A stretch of DNA of 64,000 nt, from assembly GCA_965140785.1 (NCBI GenBank), contig OZ223481.1, positions 288,001 through 352,000 on the forward strand, read 5' to 3'. Position 1 is the stretch's first letter; every line of letters begins with the position of its first letter. The notes under the pieces were generated by a model that was not told the DNA's origin, searched no databases, and saw only the letters and a program-made list of their open reading frames with translations. The position numbers and the translations under genes are program-made. Of this stretch, positions 1 through 8,345 are shown one piece after another. This DNA is from an uncultured Ruficoccus sp. Its GTDB lineage: Bacteria > Verrucomicrobiota > Verrucomicrobiia > Opitutales > Cerasicoccaceae.

Positions 1-3
1 GCT

Positions 4-3000
4 ATGAATTGGACTGCTACCCTATTAACTGTTGCTTGTTGCGCACCGTTGATATCCCAATCACTGCTCGCTGACAGCCTAGTGGCCACGGCCCCTACCG
101 AGTCTGTCGGGTCGAAATACCGGAAAATCGGACTCAATGGCTATCCGATGCCAGATCAGAAGCCGCAGAATGAGGCGGAAACTGATTATCAGGATGAGGA
201 AACCTATATCGATGCGCTAGATCTCACATTGCGCCACAGTGTAACGGATATTTATATTCCCATTCCCGGCAGTGACCTATCGCTATCAGTGCGAAGAAAT
301 TACAGACCGGAAACGTGGAGTGACCCAGAGGCGCAGTACTTTCTACCCGGTGAGGCCCCTGAGGATGCTTTCGGTGCTTGCTGGTCGACCAATTTGACGC
401 CTCATGTCAAGATGGAGGCTACGCAAAGCTGCTTCGGCACAAGTAGCAGCTATAGTTTCACCCGGTACATTACAGTGGTTGATGAAAATGGGGCATCGCA
501 TCGGTTTCTCATGCTGCTTCCTTCTGGAAATAGCTATGAGTTTTGGACTCAAAGCGTACAAAGTCCTGAAGGTTGGTGGATGACCTTTGATTTGAACACA
601 ATACCAGACGATGCGCTTTTTTACCCCTATCCTTCTTCTGATGAGGCCTTGGATACTCTGCAAAGTAAATTGACCTATGATCCAAATGCGGAAGAACTTA
701 CTTTTACAAAGAAATACGGGACGACTATTGTTTTTTCAGATAGTGGGTTGGGGCTCGAGGATCAGTTGAAATATACTGAAGAGGAGAATTATCTAGGGAA
801 CGCAATTGATCAGTTTGGAATCACCAGACAGCAACTTGGTGATGTTTCTAATCACCCAAAGTTTGTCGAACCATTTGGTTCTATCAATCTAGCTCGTGGC
901 CCGTCTCCAGTTTCATCCATTACGAGGAAGTCGTATCGTTATTTTAGGGCAGTATCTATTCAGGATCGCAATGGAAATTTCCTAAATTATTCTTATGATT
1001 CGGATAATTATACTCTGGTTCCAAATCACATATTTCTTAACGAGTCTATATTTCATGCGATCACGGTCCATCTGTCGCCAGGGAATACATTGCCTATATT
1101 AAGTGTTGAAGATCCATTGGGTAATGTAATAAGTTATGTATACAATGAAATTGGGTATACTTACATGGAAGCTAATGTAAGTTATGATAGGCCAATTGCT
1201 GTGCTAGATTATGTCGAAAAATCAGGCCCGGATGGTATAGAATGTAAGACAGATTATGACTACGTTTACAGCTTGGAGGCGGACCAAACACCACAGTACC
1301 TACAACCAATACGCGCTACAGGAAGCTTGAATCCTAAAGCTTATTGGAAGGAGCTTCCTGCCAGTCATATAGACATTGAGTCCATATCACAGATTGTGCC
1401 GGACGGCGCAGATGATGTTGAAGAGTATGAATACGCTTTTGAGTATGTGTTCAATGACCATATGGAGTCCTATGAAATAAATGATTCACCATATTCGCCT
1501 TTTATCGGTTACTATCAGTCCATTGGCCTTCCATCCCAAGTGTCGGCAGTCACCCTGCCCAATGGTTCGGAAGCAACATTTACATCTTATGGTCAGGTGA
1601 AGGCGGGTTTTGCGCACGGCGCCGGTGTAGAAACATTCGTTGATGGATACTTAGTGCCGAATGTGACTATCGTGGGTGATCGCGAAACTGTTGTTATCGA
1701 TACGGAAGGCAATGAACGGACATATCGATTTAAAAATTACGACTACATCAAATTGTACGAATATTTTACGGCTATCCCCAATTACCGTAACTTAAGAACC
1801 CCGCCTACGATCCTGTTTTATGAACTGATGGAGATCGTCCATCCGGGTAACCTTGTCGAGAAAGTTGTCTATGATAGTGAAGTTGGTAGCATGCCTATTG
1901 AGGTTTACGATGTTTACGGAAATAAAACTACTTTTGAATACGGTGAGCCTATCGAGGCTAATACGACTGTCCTGGGGGTAAACGGACAGAATAATACTTT
2001 TTCTGCCTACAGCCCCGACCCAACAAAGCAAATCAATGCGCTGGATGATGAGCAGGTCTTTGCCTACGATGTGGATCTGGATGGTGTCGCGCTGCATGCC
2101 CCTGCGGATTCATACCATCTGATGACAACGTTCATCGACGAGGAAAACCGCATAACATATACTCCTGTCGATGCATTGGGGCGTCGTGAGACTCAGGAAA
2201 TATATCAGCCGGATGGCTCAGGCGGTCATGAGCTTGTCCAGCGAACCCAGTATGAATATGGGCAAGACTTTGGTGGTATTGTCAAATACAAGGGTGTGGT
2301 GACGAGAGAGACCTTGGAGTCGCTTCCCGGGGATCCTGATTGGGCGGAGGATTTGGTAACCGAGTACACCTTGTACGATGAGGGGGAGGCGAATGGCTTT
2401 CCGGGTAAGATAAAGGAAATGACTGTCGATCCGGGAGGGCTGAATCTCAAGACAGTTTATACCTATGATGCGAACGGCAATCGGACATCGATGACGTCGC
2501 CACGTGCTTTTGATACCGCCGATCCGCTCTATGGGGGAAATTTTACGACCTACTATGTGTATGATGCCCGAAATCGCTTGACGGATATTGTTTATCCGCC
2601 GGCCTCAAGTGCGACTGATATGGGCGCGCCTCGCACGACCTATGTCTATGATTGGCGTGGGAAACAGGTTGGGGTGATTGACGAGGAGGGGGGCGTCACG
2701 GTTAAGCACTATGACGCACTGGGACGGCAAATTAAGGAGATTGTCGTCATGGGGCCTGCGTCCGGTTTTGATACGAGTGACCCCCAGACGTTTCTGTCAT
2801 ACACTCCCGATCAAGACGGGGTGATGCCAGACGATATCGTGACCTCGATGACGTATAATAATTTAAATGCAAAGCTGACGGAGACTGATCCGAATGGGAA
2901 CGTGACCGAGTTTTTTTATGACGATTTAAACCGCGTCATCGCCACCCGAAAGAGCACTGTCCGGGAAGTTGATTATACCAATGCGCAGGATCGTAATGTT

Positions 3001-6000
3001 CAGCCCATCACGTGGTTTTACTACGGGGAAAATAGCGGTTCGGGATCGATTTTTAAGGGGGAATCCTTCAAGCCAACTCATACGATTGATATGCGTGGCT
3101 ATCTGACGGTGGCCGAGTACGACGAGCTTTATCGATCGACGGCGGTTGCCCAGCAGTATGATCATCCGGTTAATATTACATCGCTTGATCCGCATGTCTT
3201 TCCATTAACCCCTCCAAGTATCGGTAGTCTGGCAGCCGCTGACTATGCTGTGACTACTTACACCTATGATGATGTCGGTAACCCCTTAACGGTTACGGAC
3301 GATTTAGGTAAGACGACAACGACACAGTACGATGCGCTTAATCGTCCAGTGAAAGTTATTTTCCAAGATACTTCTGAAGCTGAAACCAGGTACACATCCA
3401 CCGGGCTGAAGTATGAAAATGAAGATGAGCTAGACCGTTTGACGACAACGGAGTATGACGCAGCAGGACGAGCTGTTGCTGTCCTTCAACCGACGGTGTT
3501 CGATGCTGCCGCTGGCCAAGACGACACTCCGGAGACCACACAGGCCTATGATGCCAATGGCAATATGATTGCCATGACCAACCCATTGGAGGCCACTTGG
3601 AACTATGAATATGATGTGCGCGATCGCCGTATCAAAGAAATATTACCCGCGGTCGATTACATCAATGAGGCCGGAGGCTGGAGTGACGATAATCCTGTTC
3701 GGCCGGAGATTGAAACGACCTACGATAACGTAGGAAACGTGATTGCCGTCACTGATCCGCGCGATAAAACAACCCACACCCGCTACGACCCTGCGAAGCG
3801 ACCGATTTTTGTCATTTCGCCGTTGGTGGCTCTGGCCGACTCGAGCTCGCTTCGTCCGGTGGCGATTACCGAGTATGACCTCAACGGGAACATTCTTTAC
3901 CAGAAAACGGGTAGCTTGTCCGCTGGGGCTGATCCTGCTGAGGATACGCCTTCCGAGGTGCGGACAGAGGTTACGAACACCTGGGATGCGCTGAACCGGC
4001 TCACTGCCACAGAGGATGCGAATGCGATCGTGGTGCAAAATACCTACGACCTGGCCGGGAACCTGACGTCTGTCACAGACGGGGAGGAGCAGGTGACGAA
4101 ATTCGAATACGATGGGCTCAACCGCAATACCGTCACCGAGTACGCCGATGGCGAGCAGAAGGTTGTTGCGTTTAATGGGGTTAATCAGGTCACGCGCACG
4201 GATGAAAACGGGGTCGTCACCCGCTATGGCTACGATGACCGTCACCGCCTGGAAACAGTCGATTACGAGGACGATAGCTCCGTTGACAGAAGTTACACCT
4301 ACGACCTGGTAGGTAATATCCTCGGCGTGGAGGAGTCCGGTGACCATGGCGATTTGCGGAAGGTGAAGTATGTCTATGACGGTCTTAACCGCATTGGTGG
4401 GGAGAAGTCGGCCGGGCTCTGGCACGTGTACCGGTATGATTTGGCGGGTAACAGGTTGTTTGCGGGATACGGGGCTGCCCTGAGCAGTGATCCGGCTACC
4501 GTGGAGGCTGCTTACCAGGTGTCCTCGTCCGAGTTTGATACGCAGCTTCGCTCGACCTATGACGCGTTGAATCGCACCGCCACGATCTATGAGGATACTG
4601 ATGGTGACGGCACCTACACGACCGGCGAGCGGGAGAGTGGCTACCGTTATGACCTGGCGGGAAATATCCGGCAGAAGCTTCAGGCTAACGGGCACATCGT
4701 GCTCAAAACCTACGATGCGCTCGGGCGCGCCTCGGTCATCACGGGGCCCAATGGCACCGATACGCAGCCCCTCTACCGTTACGCTAACTTTTACGATATC
4801 TACGGCAACCTCAAGCGCATCGAGGAAACCTACCCCAGTGCGGCTGCGAAGATCGATGACCGCACGGTGACCAACACCTACGACGCGTCTAATCGCCTGG
4901 AGGTCGAGTCCATCACCCAGGGGAGCGACACGATTACCACGACCTACGCCTATGACGACGCGAACAACCGCGTGCTGCGCGAAGTGACGACCAACGAGAC
5001 TGTCGATGAGCGCAAGCGCTACGTGTATGAGAACGACCTGAACCAGCTCACCTACTGGTATGAGGACTGGGACGACGATGGCGCCTGGGATGAGGACACG
5101 GAGGTCAAGGTCGGCTTCACCTACGACGACAATGGCAACCGCGTCACGAGTACGCGGGTCGATGGCTCGTCCACGACCACGGTCACCTATGGCTATGACT
5201 GGGAAAACCGCCTGCTGAGTTTGGCTGAGGAGAAGCTGGTCTCCAATCAGGTCAACCTGCACGCCGGCACGCTGGCCACCGGGGAGCCGACGGCTGTCGT
5301 GACCTATCACTTTGTCGAAAATCAGGCCTATGCCTACGCCTACGATTATCGTACCCGGCGCGTGCTCCGGGACGAGTCCGGGGCGGACGGGGATTTGACG
5401 TATATTGTTTTCTCGGGCGGCACCAGCGCCCAGGAGTACACCGAGGCCGGGAGCGTGCCCGGTCTGGACGGAGCTGACACGCTGGCTGTCCAGTATGTGC
5501 GCGGGAGCGACTATGGGGGTGGCGTGGGGGGCATTCTTTATACCTTGCGCTCGGGGTCGGCCTCCTTTAAGCATTACAACAGTCGGGGCGACGTTGTTGC
5601 CGCGACCGATGGTTCTGGTTCTTTGACTTATCAGGCGGCTTACGAAGCCTACGGCAAGCACGGGGATACGTCTTCGTCGCAGGAGTGGGGCGATACGAGC
5701 GACCGCCAGCAGGCCAACACCAAAGACGAAGACCCGACGGGACTCCTGAACGAAGGCTTCCGCTACCGCGACCTGGAAACGGGCACCTTCATCACCCGCG
5801 ACCCACTCGGTTTCGTTGACGGCCCCAATGTCTACACCTACGTCAACCAGAATCCCTGGACCAAGTTCGACCCACAAGGGCTGGAGAAAAAGAAAGACAA
5901 AAAGAAACCAGAGCAGGAGGCTGATGGTAGTTCAAGCACTCAGGATGTGAAGACTGATAGTGTTGATGCGGGTACAAATCAATCTCCATCGGACTCAACG

Positions 6001-6615
6001 GATGCTACATCTGAAAAGGTCGGTAAGTTTAACGCTGCTACATCTGAGGCGACGAAAGCAAATGATTCCTCGGAATCTGCACGTTCTGAGGCAGAGCCAT
6101 GGATAAATGAAGTCCAGTTGTTTGGCGGGATAACAGGTACGATTGGGAAATTTATGTATGCTCATGGCGAGACTAACTTGGGAGTCTCAGTGCCGACATA
6201 TTCTGATGGCATTTTAAATACCATTTTGGATACAAAGTTATTTTTTCATGCTCAAGGAGCACTTATGGGTGGCGTTGGACCAGCTGCTGAACTTGGTGGG
6301 CAATTTGGAGGGGGACTGTCCTTCGATGATGTGGAATCAGGTTTATCTACGTTTAATACCATTCATTGTGAGGGACAAGGGGGTGTTGGCAGTACTTTTG
6401 GTATGGCCGTAGATGTCGACATTGAAAATACAGCTTTTTCAGGAGGAAAAGGAAGAGTTGAGGTTGGTGCTTCTGCTTATGGTGCTGCTGGGGCAGCAAA
6501 AAATGTTATGGTAGTAACCCCATCCTTAAGGGAGATATCGGATGCGTCTATAAAGGCACAAACCCAAATACCACTCATGTTACCATTGTGGAATCTGTTT
6601 GGAGGGGATGAGTGA
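4..6615 (+). CDS. RHS/YD-repeat polymorphic toxin with N-terminal signal peptide and variable C-terminal domain
   Basis: 2203-aa ORF; many YDxxGN/YDALNR repeats; Rhs core end FITRDPLGFVDGPNVYTYVNQNPWTKFDPQGL (DPxG at 5869-5880); hydrophobic N-terminus. Confidence 0.95.
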   Translation: MNWTATLLTVACCAPLISQSLLADSLVATAPTESVGSKYRKIGLNGYPMPDQKPQNEAETDYQDEETYIDALDLTLRHSVTDIYIPIPGSDLSLSVRRNYRPETWSDPEAQYFLPGEAPEDAFGACWSTNLTPHVKMEATQSCFGTSSSYSFTRYITVVDENGASHRFLMLLPSGNSYEFWTQSVQSPEGWWMTFDLNTIPDDALFYPYPSSDEALDTLQSKLTYDPNAEELTFTKKYGTTIVFSDSGLGLEDQLKYTEEENYLGNAIDQFGITRQQLGDVSNHPKFVEPFGSINLARGPSPVSSITRKSYRYFRAVSIQDRNGNFLNYSYDSDNYTLVPNHIFLNESIFHAITVHLSPGNTLPILSVEDPLGNVISYVYNEIGYTYMEANVSYDRPIAVLDYVEKSGPDGIECKTDYDYVYSLEADQTPQYLQPIRATGSLNPKAYWKELPASHIDIESISQIVPDGADDVEEYEYAFEYVFNDHMESYEINDSPYSPFIGYYQSIGLPSQVSAVTLPNGSEATFTSYGQVKAGFAHGAGVETFVDGYLVPNVTIVGDRETVVIDTEGNERTYRFKNYDYIKLYEYFTAIPNYRNLRTPPTILFYELMEIVHPGNLVEKVVYDSEVGSMPIEVYDVYGNKTTFEYGEPIEANTTVLGVNGQNNTFSAYSPDPTKQINALDDEQVFAYDVDLDGVALHAPADSYHLMTTFIDEENRITYTPVDALGRRETQEIYQPDGSGGHELVQRTQYEYGQDFGGIVKYKGVVTRETLESLPGDPDWAEDLVTEYTLYDEGEANGFPGKIKEMTVDPGGLNLKTVYTYDANGNRTSMTSPRAFDTADPLYGGNFTTYYVYDARNRLTDIVYPPASSATDMGAPRTTYVYDWRGKQVGVIDEEGGVTVKHYDALGRQIKEIVVMGPASGFDTSDPQTFLSYTPDQDGVMPDDIVTSMTYNNLNAKLTETDPNGNVTEFFYDDLNRVIATRKSTVREVDYTNAQDRNVQPITWFYYGENSGSGSIFKGESFKPTHTIDMRGYLTVAEYDELYRSTAVAQQYDHPVNITSLDPHVFPLTPPSIGSLAAADYAVTTYTYDDVGNPLTVTDDLGKTTTTQYDALNRPVKVIFQDTSEAETRYTSTGLKYENEDELDRLTTTEYDAAGRAVAVLQPTVFDAAAGQDDTPETTQAYDANGNMIAMTNPLEATWNYEYDVRDRRIKEILPAVDYINEAGGWSDDNPVRPEIETTYDNVGNVIAVTDPRDKTTHTRYDPAKRPIFVISPLVALADSSSLRPVAITEYDLNGNILYQKTGSLSAGADPAEDTPSEVRTEVTNTWDALNRLTATEDANAIVVQNTYDLAGNLTSVTDGEEQVTKFEYDGLNRNTVTEYADGEQKVVAFNGVNQVTRTDENGVVTRYGYDDRHRLETVDYEDDSSVDRSYTYDLVGNILGVEESGDHGDLRKVKYVYDGLNRIGGEKSAGLWHVYRYDLAGNRLFAGYGAALSSDPATVEAAYQVSSSEFDTQLRSTYDALNRTATIYEDTDGDGTYTTGERESGYRYDLAGNIRQKLQANGHIVLKTYDALGRASVITGPNGTDTQPLYRYANFYDIYGNLKRIEETYPSAAAKIDDRTVTNTYDASNRLEVESITQGSDTITTTYAYDDANNRVLREVTTNETVDERKRYVYENDLNQLTYWYEDWDDDGAWDEDTEVKVGFTYDDNGNRVTSTRVDGSSTTTVTYGYDWENRLLSLAEEKLVSNQVNLHAGTLATGEPTAVVTYHFVENQAYAYAYDYRTRRVLRDESGADGDLTYIVFSGGTSAQEYTEAGSVPGLDGADTLAVQYVRGSDYGGGVGGILYTLRSGSASFKHYNSRGDVVAATDGSGSLTYQAAYEAYGKHGDTSSSQEWGDTSDRQQANTKDEDPTGLLNEGFRYRDLETGTFITRDPLGFVDGPNVYTYVNQNPWTKFDPQGLEKKKDKKKPEQEADGSSSTQDVKTDSVDAGTNQSPSDSTDATSEKVGKFNAATSEATKANDSSESARSEAEPWINEVQLFGGITGTIGKFMYAHGETNLGVSVPTYSDGILNTILDTKLFFHAQGALMGGVGPAAELGGQFGGGLSFDDVESGLSTFNTIHCEGQGGVGSTFGMAVDVDIENTAFSGGKGRVEVGASAYGAAGAAKNVMVVTPSLREISDASIKAQTQIPLMLPLWNLFGGDE

Positions 6616-6818
6616 TGAAAACACTTATATCAGCATATATATTCTCTGGATGTCCGTTTTTGCTTATCGCTGTTTTTATTCTTATTGCTGGCGATGGTAA
6701 GCAATTAGGGATTGCAGCTTTATTCTTGGTGATTTTTTTAATTTTCCCATTGATTCCTTATTCTAGCGCTAGGCGTAAGATCAAGAATGATAAGAATAAC
6801 ACCAACGGCAGAACCTAA
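6615..6818 (+). CDS. Small two-TM protein, putative cognate immunity protein of the Rhs toxin
   Basis: TGATG overlap with the Rhs stop codon; two hydrophobic segments and a basic tail; AT-rich like the toxin tip. Confidence 0.7.
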   Translation: MKTLISAYIFSGCPFLLIAVFILIAGDGKQLGIAALFLVIFLIFPLIPYSSARRKIKNDKNNTNGRT

Positions 6819-6850
6819 CCCTATGGGTGCCAGACGAACCCGAAGAGGGG

Positions 6851-6882
6851 GAACCAGAAGGGGTCAGAACCAGAAGGGGTCA
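6851..6882 (+). repeat. 16-bp tandem direct duplication GAACCAGAAGGGGTCA x2
   Basis: Exact copies at 6851-6866 and 6867-6882. Confidence 0.9.
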
Positions 6883-6958
6883 TGTCAATAATTTAAATGT
6901 TGGTTGCTGTCTGACTTGTGTAGTTATTCTAAATTATTGACATGACCCCTTCGGGTTC
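6867..6958. repeat. Palindromic element, copy 1 (MITE/REP-like)
   Basis: Perfect 23-bp inverted repeat 6873-6895 / 6930-6952, extending to 28/29 bp (6867-6895 / 6930-6958), around a 34-bp spacer. Confidence 0.9.
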
Positions 6959-7139
6959 AACATCTACGTTCATGGCCGGCTTCGGTGTTGGATACAACAC
7001 CGAATTCAACGCTGATGCTAGTGGCGACTTAAGTCTTTCTGGGCATTATCTTACGATGCCATACGAGTGCGGAAGCCTTGCTGGATCAATTATGTCAGAG
7101 TCAAAAAAGAAATTTTCGGATAATGAGGATGATGAGTGA
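6942..7139 (+). pseudogene. Orphan, 5'-truncated toxin C-terminal remnant
   Basis: Open frame of Gly/aromatic beta-strand character ending ...DDE*; same stop/start junction as the main Rhs; its ATG lies inside the palindrome arm. Confidence 0.55.
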
Positions 7140-7453
7140 TGAATATATTGTTATATACGCTGATGCTTTTTTTTATGGGGTGGGTGCTCGTTTTTAAGGT
7201 TATTAGATTGAATGCATCTTTGTTTGGTGTTGTGTCTAATGTTCTTATGATGAATATAGCCGCGCTTTTGTGGGTTATTATTGGGTCTGTGTTAAAATTT
7301 CCTATATATACATTTAATGGGACGTTGAGTTCTTATGACTTCGTTGAGCCAGGACTGATTTTGTGTGTTATACTAACTCCTGTTAGCGTTATTTCTTTGG
7401 CTTATTTCAAATGGAAGAAGGGTGACGAGTTTACTATTCGAAAAAAGAAATGA
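7139..7453 (+). CDS. Three-TM membrane protein, putative orphan immunity protein
   Basis: TGATG overlap with the upstream remnant; three hydrophobic segments; Lys-rich C-terminus; very AT-rich. Confidence 0.7.
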   Translation: MNILLYTLMLFFMGWVLVFKVIRLNASLFGVVSNVLMMNIAALLWVIIGSVLKFPIYTFNGTLSSYDFVEPGLILCVILTPVSVISLAYFKWKKGDEFTIRKKK

Positions 7454-7501
7454 TTACGGCTTGATGCCCCCCTTCGCCTTCCGTCCCGTCCCTTGAGGCT
7501 T

Positions 7502-7633
7502 GCCATACGGGCTGGCACAACTCGTCATTATGTCAAAATTGCGTCGTGGGAGAGTGAGATTGGCGAACGAATCGACGTGGCCGCGAGGCCGAGCAACTTG
7601 GGCATAATGGTCCGTTGTGCGCGAGCGTATGGC
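7502..7633. repeat. Imperfect 41-bp inverted repeat with dif/Xer-like boxes
   Basis: Arms 7502-7542 and 7593-7633 match at 30/41 positions, in blocks GCCATACG, GCACAAC, CATTATG and TTGC; 50-nt loop. Confidence 0.75.
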
Positions 7634-7722
7634 CCGTTCTTTTGTTTGGGGGCGTGGCGGATGGCGGCAGGGGCTGCTCCACGGAATGGGGGTTGAATCC
7701 CCCCTCTCTTATGGGAAACCCT

Positions 7723-7799
7723 GAAGGGGTCATGTCAATAATTTAGAATAACTACACAAGTCAGACAATAACCAACATTTAAATTATTGACATGACCCC
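7723..7799. repeat. Palindromic element, copy 2, inverted relative to copy 1
   Basis: Equals the reverse complement of 6876-6952 with 2 mismatches in 77 bp. Confidence 0.9.
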
Positions 7800-8019
7800 G
7801 TGTTATTTGACCAGCACGGTTTCGCTTTCCTCCCGGGTCATTTCGGAGGGAAGCTCCAGCGGGAGTTTAATTCGCTTATTCCCTGATCGAGCCAAATGTA
7901 AAAATGTTGCCCAAAAACAGGGGGTTTTTCTGGATTTACCCGGATTTCGTTGGACTTGGGGTCTTGAGGGGTGTTGCCTTGCAAGTCCCTATTTATCAGG
8001 GAAATCCCCAGAAATAAAA

Positions 8020-8097
8020 TGGTCGGGGCGATAGGATTCGAACCTACGACCCTCTGCTCCCAAAGCAGATGCGCTAACCAGGCTGCGCTACGCCCCG
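8020..8097 (-). tRNA. tRNA-Pro (anticodon TGG)
   Basis: Reverse complement CGGGGCGTAGCGCAGCCTGGTTAGCGC...TCTGC-TTTGGGA-GCAGA...GGTTCGAATCC...CGCCCCGACCA; full cloverleaf with encoded CCA. Confidence 0.98.
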
Positions 8098-8345
8098 ACT
8101 CGGAACGGGCAACCATCCTCGCGGCGGGCCTGAAAGTCAATGCTTACTTGGCGCGGTACGTAGGGACGGCGAGGGGGGATGCGTGATTGGAGGTGGGCCG
8201 CCCGTTGCTGGTGGGTGTAATCGCAGGTGGGTGTTTGGGCCCAGGGCGGGGAAGAAATATCCTGGATATGAATAGGCTCCACAAAGCCCGCCCTCAGCGA
8301 GAATGCGGCTTGCCCCGGAGACACCGAAGGCTCTAGGCTCGCAAA

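Noticed and set aside
3643..5877. 744-aa minus-strand ORF and many other long overlapping ORFs in the track
   Set aside because: Antisense or alternate-frame shadows of real genes caused by high GC3; no recognisable motifs.
6813..6870. ACCTAAC overlapping the immunity stop codon, like an integron attC R'' box
   Set aside because: No matching GTTAGGT-type R' box or attC stem downstream, and no integron integrase in the window.
6937..6970. TTGACA in the palindrome arm as an outward promoter for the orphan cassette
   Set aside because: No acceptable -10 hexamer at 16-18 bp spacing in either copy.
6851..7799. Possible CRISPR array
   Set aside because: Only two inverted copies and one tandem duplication; no regular repeat-spacer period and no cas genes.
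7493..8324. Short ORFs overlapping the hairpin, palindrome and tRNA
   Set aside because: They overlap structured non-coding features and have no protein-like signal.
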